Source: Christensenellaceae bacterium
GTDB taxonomy: Bacteria > Bacillota > Clostridia > Christensenellales > DTU072
NCBI GenBank assembly: GCA_031259965.1
Contig: JAIRKT010000022.1
Span: 17,997 to 81,996 of the forward strand
Length of the DNA stretch: 64,000 bases
Direction: 5' to 3'
This document shows, in pieces, positions 19,658 to 28,483 of this stretch (positions within the stretch are counted from its first letter, which is position 1; every line of letters starts with the position of its first letter). Position numbers and translations under genes: made by a program. The notes below the pieces were generated by a model. It saw only the letters and a list, made by a program, of their open reading frames with translations. It had not been told where the DNA came from and made no database searches.

Positions 19658-21371
19658 CAAATCGACGATCATAATTTTTACAGCTATTTTACTATTATTA
19701 ATGCTTTTAATAGGTGTGACTCCACAAAAGACAATTGCAACATTCGCCGCTGCGGAGGAAACTGAATTAATTATTTCACAAGTTGGAATTGATGATCATC
19801 ATTCAGCGGCCGATGGTGTTATTTTTCAGTTTACATGCCCACCTGGGACAATAAAACTTAGTTATAAATTTGTTCATGATTATGATGGCGTTGAGGAAAG
19901 TGGTGAAATTTTTCTAGTTGACAACATATCATACAAATATGGTAATCAGAAATTTTATGAAAATGGTATCTATGAAGCAATTGCATTGCAAAGTGATGAA
20001 AGCACATTAGAGGCTGATTTTGAGATTAAAACTATTGACTACATGCCGCCTAAGCACGACACATCAACTGGCACTAGCAAAGATAGGTGGGAGTTTGAAG
20101 GCCCTTATTTATCATGGTATACGGCTTATATTGAGGACCGATTTGCCGCACAAAAACAGGACGTTTCTAGTGGACTTAAAAACATTATTGTTTTTAGAGA
20201 TAGACAGAATGGACTCTCATTAGAGGAAATAATGCCTGAGGATAGTGATGACATAAACGCATATAGGAATATAGAGCCTCAGACAATTGAAAGTTTAGAA
20301 GTTGATATAATAAAAAAGCTCGATAATATATCTGGTAGCAACCTAGTGTATGATACATACATAGACTTTGATATAGATCAAGAAGGTGGCACATACTATT
20401 TATATGCGCGAGATAATGTTGGGAATGTTCTTTTGCAGAGAATGTTTAACATGTATGATAATACGAGGTACGAATTTACAACAGCTGATGGTACGTTAAT
20501 TGATTATACGGAGACCATAAATTTAGCAGCTACTCGTTTAGCCGAGCTAAATTCTGAATATGCAAACCATATTTTGGATGCGCTGAGTACTGCACTGAGT
20601 AGAATAAGATTTAGCTTTTACCAAGGCGATGAAGACGAAATTATGGCGGCGGGCCGCGCTTTTGATATAGCGCAAGCCGCATACACTAACGCTAAGCGAG
20701 TATATGAAATAGAACTAATAGGTGCTGGTGTTTTTCCTAATTATGAAAAAATAAGCGCACTTAATTTTGATGATAGTACTGTTAGCATTTTGAAAGGTGA
20801 AACCGCTAAAATAACATTGACATTTTCTGAATACAGACAAGATTATTATGATTTTGCCTTTATTCAGAGCGCAATGGGAATAAATAAGGCTAACCGGTTG
20901 TTTAAAATTGATAGCATCCTATCAGTTGATGGTAAACCAGTTGAACTCATAGCGCCTATTAAATTAAGATTCGCTATACCAACGACATTTAATGATATAG
21001 GTGTAGCAAGTGTAGTAGACAACAAAATTACTGTGAATGAAGTAGAACGCGGCGCTGAATGGCTAATGCTAGTATTATCTTATGAAAATCAATATTTTTA
21101 TGTTATAATAAATGACGAGAATGTAGAACCTCGAAACGAAACATTGATTTATATACTGATAGGTGTTGCGTGCCTAGTGTTTTTGATAGGTGCAACGATT
21201 GTTTTAGTGTTACTCAAAAAGCAACGCAATCTAAAAAAACAGTTAAATAACACTATACCTAATGCTGATGAAAATGCTAATCAACCGACCGTTAAAAAGC
21301 AGGCAACTAATACAGTGCTAGCTCCTACTAAAAAGGTTCATCATAATAAAAGCAAAAAGAGGAAAAGATAA
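19641..21371 (+). CDS. Type-I membrane protein, function unknown (576 aa)
   Basis: Overlaps the giant gene by 17 nt, with a GAGGAG RBS upstream. Signal peptide (IIIFTAILLLLMLLIGV...ATFAAA), a beta-rich ectodomain, a C-terminal TM (LIYILIGVACLVFLIGATIVLVLL) and a K/R-rich tail ending KSKKRKR. Confidence 0.8.
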   Translation: MPDSINKSTIIIFTAILLLLMLLIGVTPQKTIATFAAAEETELIISQVGIDDHHSAADGVIFQFTCPPGTIKLSYKFVHDYDGVEESGEIFLVDNISYKYGNQKFYENGIYEAIALQSDESTLEADFEIKTIDYMPPKHDTSTGTSKDRWEFEGPYLSWYTAYIEDRFAAQKQDVSSGLKNIIVFRDRQNGLSLEEIMPEDSDDINAYRNIEPQTIESLEVDIIKKLDNISGSNLVYDTYIDFDIDQEGGTYYLYARDNVGNVLLQRMFNMYDNTRYEFTTADGTLIDYTETINLAATRLAELNSEYANHILDALSTALSRIRFSFYQGDEDEIMAAGRAFDIAQAAYTNAKRVYEIELIGAGVFPNYEKISALNFDDSTVSILKGETAKITLTFSEYRQDYYDFAFIQSAMGINKANRLFKIDSILSVDGKPVELIAPIKLRFAIPTTFNDIGVASVVDNKITVNEVERGAEWLMLVLSYENQYFYVIINDENVEPRNETLIYILIGVACLVFLIGATIVLVLLKKQRNLKKQLNNTIPNADENANQPTVKKQATNTVLAPTKKVHHNKSKKRKR

Positions 21372-21377
21372 GGTATA

Positions 21378-22226
21378 ATGCGTTATCTAAAAAAGACATT
21401 TGAATATTTGTTCCTACTTGAGAAAAGCAAAAGATTCTTTATTATCTTTTTGTTTCTATTGCCAGTAGGATGCGTTTTCAGCTGGCTTATGCCATCTGGT
21501 AATTATATAAGATTATTAATGAATTATGATTCGGAACCAAAGAAATTCTTTGCTATATGGACATTTGATTCTAACATGCTCGAATATGTGCTGGCGTTAG
21601 TTTTTACTTTTGTGATTCTTATATTCTGTGTTTCGATTATAATAAGCGTTATAACGAGATCCTTTAGAATTGGTGTTTTTAAATTACACAAACCTTTGAC
21701 TGATTTTAATGATAATTTTCAACCTGTTTTTTCTGCCTCAATAACTTATTTATTTACGTTAATTGCATATAAAGTAGTTATTACTACCTTGCTGGGTTTA
21801 TGGAAAACCATAGAAAACCATTATTTATCACTCGCGATCTCGATTATAACAATTTGTATTATAACTATATTAGCAGCAATTCTAACAACACACATATCGC
21901 TAATTGTGCCTATAATGTCAGCTACTGGTTTGAAGCTAAAAGACGCATTTTTAAAAAGCATACAAAAAGTAGGTGAATCACTAGTTCCGATTTCAACAGG
22001 GCTTTGGATACCTGTTATGATTAAGGCAATACTAGGATCAATAATAGCGTTAACTGAAATAAAATATCTTCTACTTGGAATGGACATACTTCTAAATACA
22101 TTTCTATTTAGTTATTTAGTGGTTTATATCTTAATAGTTTATTATGAAATAGAAAGGATAAAGCGGGAAGATTACACACCGCATTATTTTGAGAAAAGAG
22201 CTAAAAAACAACTTTCCAAGGATTAG
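21378..22226 (+). CDS. Polytopic membrane protein, function unknown (282 aa)
   Basis: Starts 6 nt after the preceding stop. About 6 TM helices. No motif I can name. Confidence 0.75.
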   Translation: MRYLKKTFEYLFLLEKSKRFFIIFLFLLPVGCVFSWLMPSGNYIRLLMNYDSEPKKFFAIWTFDSNMLEYVLALVFTFVILIFCVSIIISVITRSFRIGVFKLHKPLTDFNDNFQPVFSASITYLFTLIAYKVVITTLLGLWKTIENHYLSLAISIITICIITILAAILTTHISLIVPIMSATGLKLKDAFLKSIQKVGESLVPISTGLWIPVMIKAILGSIIALTEIKYLLLGMDILLNTFLFSYLVVYILIVYYEIERIKREDYTPHYFEKRAKKQLSKD

Positions 22227-22235
22227 GGAGGCATT

Positions 22236-23255
22236 ATGATATTAAAAGATTCGTTTTCGATTTTGGGTATCAATTTAAATTTGATATTCAAAACCCTTAT
22301 ATATACCTTTGTTTTAATGATAATATTTTTTGCTCTATTGACTAGTATAATAAAGCCTATAGCAGATTTAATATTTATTGATTTTGAATTTTCGGAACAA
22401 CTACGAAAAACATTTAGTAATTGGATGAGTGGAGATATAGATTCTTTTAGAGGACTTTTTAGAGAAATTGGAAACTTCATATCTCAAGAGTCACATAAAA
22501 CAAATACAACGATTATTAATTCAATAATAGTCTATGTTATATTCATGTTTTTCATTCAAATGACTAACATTCCGATCACTAAAGTCTTATACAACAAAAT
22601 GAGCCAAGGCTATGACGAACGCTTTCATATGTCGCTAATATCCACGCTTATATTAGCACTAAAATATTCTTTTGTAAATGCCATAACAGGTGCTTTACTT
22701 GATTTGTTAATATTTGTATTTGGAATTGTTCTTTTGAGCCTCTTGTTTCCACTAATATCTATCTACTCAATAACAATTGCTGTATTTGTTATGCTGATAT
22801 TATTGTCTATTAGAATTTCATTTACAATAATGTTACCTCCGATTATGGTTGCTGAAGAAAAAAAGGTTTTTAAAGCACTTGTTTTATCAATAAAAAGAAC
22901 TCCCAAAATATTAAACAAAATATTCATACCAGTATTCATAGTAATAATAACTACTTTTGCAATTTGCATGTGCACGGTAGCGGTTACATTTGGCATAATA
23001 CCTATAATCATTATACCGACATATATGGTATTAATGTCAGCAATTAGTTTGATTGTCTATTTTGTAGATAATAAAAGGAAATATTATACAACGAACGTTT
23101 TGGATTTCAATGGCAGGGTTGACTATCTGCCTCAAAGTTCAGAAAATGATGCAATGCAAGCTGCAAGACAATCGTCTGAGTCTGAAGAGGAAGAAAATGA
23201 GTTAGTTGATAGTGAATGCGATACAAAAACAGGGGAGAAGGATTCTAGCGATTGA
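22236..23255 (+). CDS. Polytopic membrane protein with acidic C-terminal tail (339 aa)
   Basis: GGGAGG RBS 4 nt upstream. About 6-7 TM helices. The tail is rich in S/E/D (SSESEEEENELVDSECD). The N-terminal style (MILKDSFSIL...) loosely recalls DUF975/GDPD-membrane-domain proteins; this is unverified. Confidence 0.75.
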   Translation: MILKDSFSILGINLNLIFKTLIYTFVLMIIFFALLTSIIKPIADLIFIDFEFSEQLRKTFSNWMSGDIDSFRGLFREIGNFISQESHKTNTTIINSIIVYVIFMFFIQMTNIPITKVLYNKMSQGYDERFHMSLISTLILALKYSFVNAITGALLDLLIFVFGIVLLSLLFPLISIYSITIAVFVMLILLSIRISFTIMLPPIMVAEEKKVFKALVLSIKRTPKILNKIFIPVFIVIITTFAICMCTVAVTFGIIPIIIIPTYMVLMSAISLIVYFVDNKRKYYTTNVLDFNGRVDYLPQSSENDAMQAARQSSESEEEENELVDSECDTKTGEKDSSD

Positions 23256-23975
23256 TGATAATGTAGAGCCTCTAAATAGTAGAGAGACAACTACCAATGA
23301 TTTGTACCAGATGAAAGGAGCGAATCCTAATCTCTTTAGAATGAAAATATTACTTGAATTTTAAATAGTTCTAAAAACCAGTATTAATGCACCCATGATA
23401 TAGCATTATCATAGATACTAATGATATATTAAAGTGCAAAACCAGATTACTATAAATTAAAAAACAGCACTAATAAAAAGTCCAAACTCTAACCATAAGT
23501 GAATAAATAAAGCTCTAGAAAAAATTATTGAATTATATAGGAGCTATGTAAAACAAATAAACTTTCGAAATAACGAAACAAATACTAGATCAAATTAAGT
23601 GGATATCTAAGTTGAGATATTTTATAAAATTACAATTTAACATACGAATTAGTGCTATCAGGATTTACAGAAATAAAATTAAACTAATACACAATACAAA
23701 AAGCAAGAGAGAATCTAAATTAAGCAGGTTATATCCTTAAAAATTTGTTATATACGATAATTATGATGAGGTAAGATGAAATAATCAAAAAGATATTTTT
23801 GGAGCTTTCTAAATTTTGGCAGTGAAAAGTTAAATGGGTTTCTTCTAAAAAAAATCTAAAAATACCAGAAAGCGCAAACTAAAAAGAAAACAACTGAATT
23901 TACCTGAAATTTCTAATGCTTTAGTCGATAATTTTTTAGCTATAAAAAAGAGTTAAAAGGATTAGAGCAAAAAAA

Positions 23976-24003
23976 GAGCCACATTTAATGTGGCCCTTTT
24001 TGA
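23976..24003 (-). terminator. Rho-independent terminator of the dha operon (structurally bidirectional)
   Basis: GCCACAT (23978-23984) pairs with ATGTGGC (23988-23994) around a 3-nt loop. T-runs follow on both strands. It lies 50 nt after the dhaL stop. Confidence 0.7.
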
Positions 24004-24053
24004 AACAAAAAAAATACAAATAAAGAAAACATTTTATGATTAAAATTTAAGTA

Positions 24054-24713
24054 CTATTTAAATGATTTGGCGTATTCTGCGATTGCTGTAAAGATAACGC
24101 CGATACCATATGCTCCAGCATCTGGATGATCGAGACTTCTCTCACCTACTGTGCCAGCTCGACCCATACGAGCTACTATTTTTTTAGTGTCCTCAGCGCC
24201 CTGCACTGCAGCTTTTGCCGCTTTTTCCATGCAATCGAAGAGTGAATAACCCTTATCTGCCGCTTTTTCCATAGCGTCAGCTGCAGGCACTAAAGCATCG
24301 ATTAATGTTTTATCACCAACGACCGCGCCGCGTCCGAATGAGCGTTCTCCTGTCTTCTGAATTGATTCAATGGCGCCTCTTAAGATTTTGACTAAATCAC
24401 GGACGCTGATTTGGCTAGCGCCTGCAGATGCTTTAGCAGCTCCTCTGAATGCGCTGCCCCATATAGGTCCAGATGCCCCACCGCAGTATTCCATTATCAC
24501 CATACCACAACTCTTTAAGAAAACACCAATATTATCTGTTTCTAGACTGTTCCAATCAACCTTTAGTTGTTTAAAACCTTTAGCTAGACTCATTCCAAAA
24601 TCACCATCACCAGCTACGCTATCCATTTCACAGAATGGTATTTCGTTAGCGATAATGACTTCTGCCATTTTGTCAATAATATCAATAATATTTTTAGTAG
24701 TTAGAAATTCCAT
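24054..24713 (-). CDS. dhaL: Dihydroxyacetone kinase subunit L (ADP-binding)
   Basis: 219 aa with the DhaL hallmark DSVAGDGDFGMSLAKGF and a helical-barrel-sized protein. AAGAGG RBS 7 nt upstream. Confidence 0.9.
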   Translation of the reverse strand: MEFLTTKNIIDIIDKMAEVIIANEIPFCEMDSVAGDGDFGMSLAKGFKQLKVDWNSLETDNIGVFLKSCGMVIMEYCGGASGPIWGSAFRGAAKASAGASQISVRDLVKILRGAIESIQKTGERSFGRGAVVGDKTLIDALVPAADAMEKAADKGYSLFDCMEKAAKAAVQGAEDTKKIVARMGRAGTVGERSLDHPDAGAYGIGVIFTAIAEYAKSFK

Positions 24714-24726
24714 GCTAATACCTCTT

Positions 24727-25716
24727 TTAAACTTTTAATGCTGGTGTATTTGCTGGTGCATCGAGTAGTTTCTTAAGTTCATCATCTAATTTTAAAACTG
24801 AAACAGATGCGCCTGCCATATCTATTGACGTCATAAAATTGCCAACAAAAGTCTTATAAATCTTAATATTTCTCTTTTTAAATTCCTGTGTAACGGCATT
24901 ATTATACAAATAAAGCTCTTGCAAAGGTGTGCCACCAAAACCGTTTATTAACAAGGCAATCTCAGATTTATCGAGATTAATATCAGCACATATATCTGCG
25001 ACATTGCGTTCTGCTAAAGAATTTGCTGAGCTAATTTTTTCTCTCGCTATGCCAGGTTCACCATGGATACCAACACCATATTCTATTTCATTATCGCCTA
25101 TACTAAATGTAGGCGCGCCTTTTGCTGGGGTTGTGCATGAGGTTAGCGCAAATCCTATTGAACGTACATTAGCAATTGCTTTTTTAGCTAAGGCTTTTAC
25201 TTCTTCGAGTGTTTTTCCAGCCTCAGCTGCAGCACCTGCTATTTTATGAACAAACACAGTACCTGCAACGCCTCGTCGGCCAACCGTATACAAACTATCT
25301 TTAACGGCGATATCGTCGTTTACGTAGACTGAATCGACTATCGCATCGTCATCTTCTTTTGCCATAGCGCTTGCACTATCAAAATTCATACAATCACCGC
25401 TATAGTTTTTGATTATTAATAATGTGCCTCTATTAGACTGAGTTTTTAAAATTGCGTTATATACTTGAATCTGTGAGGGTGATGCGAAAATATCACCGCA
25501 CACTGCTGCATCAAGCATTCCAGTGCCTACAAATCCAGCATGAGCAGGCTCATGGCCACTGCCACCACCACTAATCAAGGTAACTTTATTTTTGTTTATA
25601 ATCTTCCTTTTAATTACCTTATATTTCTCGACGAACTCGAGCTCAGGATGCGCCGCTTCAATTCCTCGGCACATTTCAATAACAAAACTTTCAGGGGTAT
25701 TAATTATTTTTTTCAT
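24727..25716 (-). CDS. dhaK: Dihydroxyacetone kinase subunit K (DHA-binding)
   Basis: 329 aa with GGGSGHEPAHAGFVGTGMLDAAVCGDIFASPS and GIHGEPG motifs. The start overlaps the gldA stop (TAATG). Confidence 0.92.
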   Translation of the reverse strand: MKKIINTPESFVIEMCRGIEAAHPELEFVEKYKVIKRKIINKNKVTLISGGGSGHEPAHAGFVGTGMLDAAVCGDIFASPSQIQVYNAILKTQSNRGTLLIIKNYSGDCMNFDSASAMAKEDDDAIVDSVYVNDDIAVKDSLYTVGRRGVAGTVFVHKIAGAAAEAGKTLEEVKALAKKAIANVRSIGFALTSCTTPAKGAPTFSIGDNEIEYGVGIHGEPGIAREKISSANSLAERNVADICADINLDKSEIALLINGFGGTPLQELYLYNNAVTQEFKKRNIKIYKTFVGNFMTSIDMAGASVSVLKLDDELKKLLDAPANTPALKV

Positions 25717-26852
25717 TATTTACAGCAACACTCCTTGCGCGCTTTAGCGCCTAGTTTATCAGCAGTAATAATTGCACCTGCTACGCCATCTACAGTAATT
25801 GGGAATGGCATACTATGAACACTCTCTTCTGGAATACACGCTTTTTCAGCGACAGCTTTTAATCTATCGCCTATATCTTCAACACCAAGATCCGCTAGGC
25901 ATACTGGAAGACCAACTGTCAAACAGAAATCAATAACTTCTTCAATCTCTTCAATGTCTGCGTTTTCAAGTACAAGCTGGCAAATTGTCCCGAATGCAAC
26001 TTTTTCACCATGATAGTATTTATGTGTCTCTTCCAAAATTGTTAAACCATCGTGAATGGCATGCGCCGCAGCAAGACCACCACTCTCAAACCCTAATCCA
26101 GATAGAAGGATATTTGCTTCAACTATGTTTTCAAGAGCAGGAGTTACAACCTTGCTTTGACAAGCTAGTAAAGCCTTGTAACCATCTTCTAACAAAGTCT
26201 CGTAGCACAGTGTAGCGAGTGCAAACGCTGATTTTGTGCCCTTAGCAGGGGGTGTATAACCTTCTCTATAACCACATGGAAGTCCAGCATTTACGTTAGC
26301 ATATGACTTTGTGTTAGCCCTTGCTTCAAAATAAGTTGATAGTGCGTCACCCATGCCAGATACTAGAAATCTTGCGGGTGCATTAGCAATTACTGTTGTA
26401 TCGATCAAAACAACGCTAGGGCTTTGTTTGAAGTATGCATAATCATCAAAGGCACCTTCATCTGTATATAAAACAGCTGAGTGACTAGTAGGCGCGTCTG
26501 TGGCCGCTATAGTTGGAACTATAATCAGTGAATCGCCTTCTGCTACGCACTTTGCTGTATCAATGGCTTTACCACCACCTAGGCCTATTATACAATTACA
26601 GGATTTAGACTTAGCAATCGCCTGGAGTTCTTTAACAACATTTCTAGAACATTCGCCTTTGAAAGGTGCTTCAACAAATTTTATGCCATATTTTTTGGCG
26701 GTGGCGTCTAGTTTTACTTTAACGCGTTTCACATCATCTGGGTGTGCGATTAGCAAGGCATTCTTGCCGAATGTCTGAACAAAGTAACCAAGATTAAGCA
26801 ATTCATCCTCGCCCTGTACATATTTACTAGGGCATATAAAAGCTTTTCTCAT
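25716..26852 (-). CDS. gldA: Glycerol dehydrogenase (iron-containing ADH family)
   Basis: 378 aa with GLGGGKAIDTAK, PTIAATDAPTS and HAIHDGLT motifs typical of GldA. GGAGGA RBS 10 nt upstream. Confidence 0.85.
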   Translation of the reverse strand: MRKAFICPSKYVQGEDELLNLGYFVQTFGKNALLIAHPDDVKRVKVKLDATAKKYGIKFVEAPFKGECSRNVVKELQAIAKSKSCNCIIGLGGGKAIDTAKCVAEGDSLIIVPTIAATDAPTSHSAVLYTDEGAFDDYAYFKQSPSVVLIDTTVIANAPARFLVSGMGDALSTYFEARANTKSYANVNAGLPCGYREGYTPPAKGTKSAFALATLCYETLLEDGYKALLACQSKVVTPALENIVEANILLSGLGFESGGLAAAHAIHDGLTILEETHKYYHGEKVAFGTICQLVLENADIEEIEEVIDFCLTVGLPVCLADLGVEDIGDRLKAVAEKACIPEESVHSMPFPITVDGVAGAIITADKLGAKARKECCCK

Positions 26853-26947
26853 CTGAGATATATCCTCCGATTTTAGATATTAGACGAATCTCTTGTGATT
26901 TACAAAAAAAATTGTCTAAGTTTCAAAGTAAATTTTTCTTCTATATT

Positions 26948-26976
26948 ATTATAATCTTAATAACAAAAATAGTCAA
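26948..26976 (-). promoter_or_regulatory. Promoter of gldA-dhaK-dhaL
   Basis: On the minus strand: TTGACT (26976-26971), 17-nt spacer, TATAAT (26953-26948). Confidence 0.6.
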
Positions 26977-27095
26977 TACTGACATGTAAATTTGCATATT
27001 TTTATTTACAAAAATTTAACCTAAAACTAACCAAAGCAGTGCAAATTAGTAGTGTGCTAGTAAAAGTTATATAAAAAGTGTGAAATTCGTAAATA

Positions 27096-27737
27096 TTAAG
27101 TAAGTCCAGTTTGTTCACCAGAAACAACTCGTCCATTTTGAGTTACAGTTGTTAGTTTATCACAATTAGCAAAAGCCATTATGCCCACATTAATTGGAGT
27201 GTCAGAGTAATTGAAAATTACTGTGTTCAACTCAGTGCAACCAGAAAAAATTGTGCTAGCTATTTCAGTAACCATAGCTGGAATTACGATTTTTTTAACA
27301 TAGAGGTTGTTTCTAAAATGTGCTTCCTCTCCACCCTCATAGAGCGTGCCGTCCATGTATAATGGAAGCGTCTTATATTGCGCAGCAGATATTGCGGCTA
27401 TTGCTGTAACAGGTTTAGTTATTGTGGTATTCTCTAGAGATATGGTATACTCGTCAGGGAATGTAATTTCGTCTAATAATCCAGTATAACCTACTGCTAC
27501 GAAACTGTCTAAATCCGCTGAATCTGCCACTTCTGAATCGAGGTGTAAACCATTTTTTACTGGCATAAAAACTATATATTTTATGTTATCATTTCTTGGT
27601 GGTATAATTTCAACTGCAGAGTTTTCGTCTTTATATGATGACTCCCAAACCGCCATTGTATCAGCCGCCCCTAAAAAAGAGAGTGAAACTAAAATGATTA
27701 TCGACATTGAAATTGCAAGCATTTTTTTGATAGTCAT
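27096..27737 (-). CDS. Secreted protein with BspA-type leucine-rich repeats (213 aa)
   Basis: The tracked ORF starts at TTG 27743. The ATG at 27737 has a GGGGGA RBS 6 nt upstream and is preferred. Signal peptide (MLAISMSIIILVSLSFLGAADTMAVWES). The C-terminal half, KKIVIPAMVTEIASTIFSGCTELNTVIF...VGIMAFANCDKLTTV, fits the LRR_5/BspA pattern (PF13306). Confidence 0.72.
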   Translation of the reverse strand: MTIKKMLAISMSIIILVSLSFLGAADTMAVWESSYKDENSAVEIIPPRNDNIKYIVFMPVKNGLHLDSEVADSADLDSFVAVGYTGLLDEITFPDEYTISLENTTITKPVTAIAAISAAQYKTLPLYMDGTLYEGGEEAHFRNNLYVKKIVIPAMVTEIASTIFSGCTELNTVIFNYSDTPINVGIMAFANCDKLTTVTQNGRVVSGEQTGLT

Positions 27738-27739
27738 AA

Positions 27740-28483
27740 TCAATCCCCCATATAATCAGGCAGTGACAACTCAAGATTGATTTTAATAGTTGTATCATTC
27801 AAATCAGACGCTAGTAGTCCTGCTGGATATACTAAAAAAACATTGAGTGTTATGGGGATGCTTTGATGAGCTGGCACAATTAACAAGTCATCATAAAAGA
27901 GTGTTATAGCGTTTTCAGGCTCAGTGTAGCCATCACTATTCACTATATATAATTGATCGTTTAAAAGGTAGAGTGCTTTTTTATCTAGCGGTGCAAACCC
28001 ATTAATATCTACATAAAAACCATCAATGTGGTTATAATAAATTAGAGTTCCATAGATATTGTAGCTAGCTGTTATTGCAATTTCGCCATTTAATATTAGA
28101 TCGCGTGTGCTGGCTCCTGTTTTTGAAATTGTCGCTGTAAAATTCGATCTAACCCTACCTGTTAATAATGGATCGCCTGTGTAGAATGTAAATGAGGTGG
28201 AGTAATTGAGTTCACCTCTTTCTTTTACAATGTTTTGGGGATCGTTCCAGGTGTTTTTTGCTAGACTAAGTGCAGTAACCTCTGCTGGATATAAGGCGGT
28301 TTTGCCATCATTAATAGGTGAATCAAACGATAAAACCACGAGGCCTTGGCTTGGGACTAAATAGTTTAAGGTGAACTCGTATGTAGAATTGAACCATGAA
28401 AAAGTAGCACCTATAGATAATGTAATAATAGATGCGAATAAGCATAGTATAGACAATGAGGTTATAATGATTCTAGTTTTCAT
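27740..28483 (-). CDS. Small secreted beta-rich protein with SipW/TasA-class signal motif (247 aa)
   Basis: ATGA start/stop overlap with the upstream gene. The N-terminus MKTRIIITSLSILCLFASIITLSIGATFSWFNS resembles the GGTFAYFSD / GGTWAAFND motif of camelysin and TasA signals. Confidence 0.72.
   Translation of the reverse strand: MKTRIIITSLSILCLFASIITLSIGATFSWFNSTYEFTLNYLVPSQGLVVLSFDSPINDGKTALYPAEVTALSLAKNTWNDPQNIVKERGELNYSTSFTFYTGDPLLTGRVRSNFTATISKTGASTRDLILNGEIAITASYNIYGTLIYYNHIDGFYVDINGFAPLDKKALYLLNDQLYIVNSDGYTEPENAITLFYDDLLIVPAHQSIPITLNVFLVYPAGLLASDLNDTTIKINLELSLPDYMGD

Noticed and set aside
24370-26778. Plus-strand ORFs of 76-122 aa across the dha operon (24370-24738, 24929-25249, 25540-25818, 25985-26215, 26500-26778)
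   Set aside because: They are antisense to confidently identified dhaL, dhaK and gldA. Their A/P/S-rich translations are the mirror of G/A-rich enzyme codons.
26853-26947. cre (CcpA) site upstream of gldA and of the glucosidase gene
   Set aside because: The candidates (TTGAAACTTAGACA and TGTAAATCACAAGA) lack the central CG of the cre consensus.
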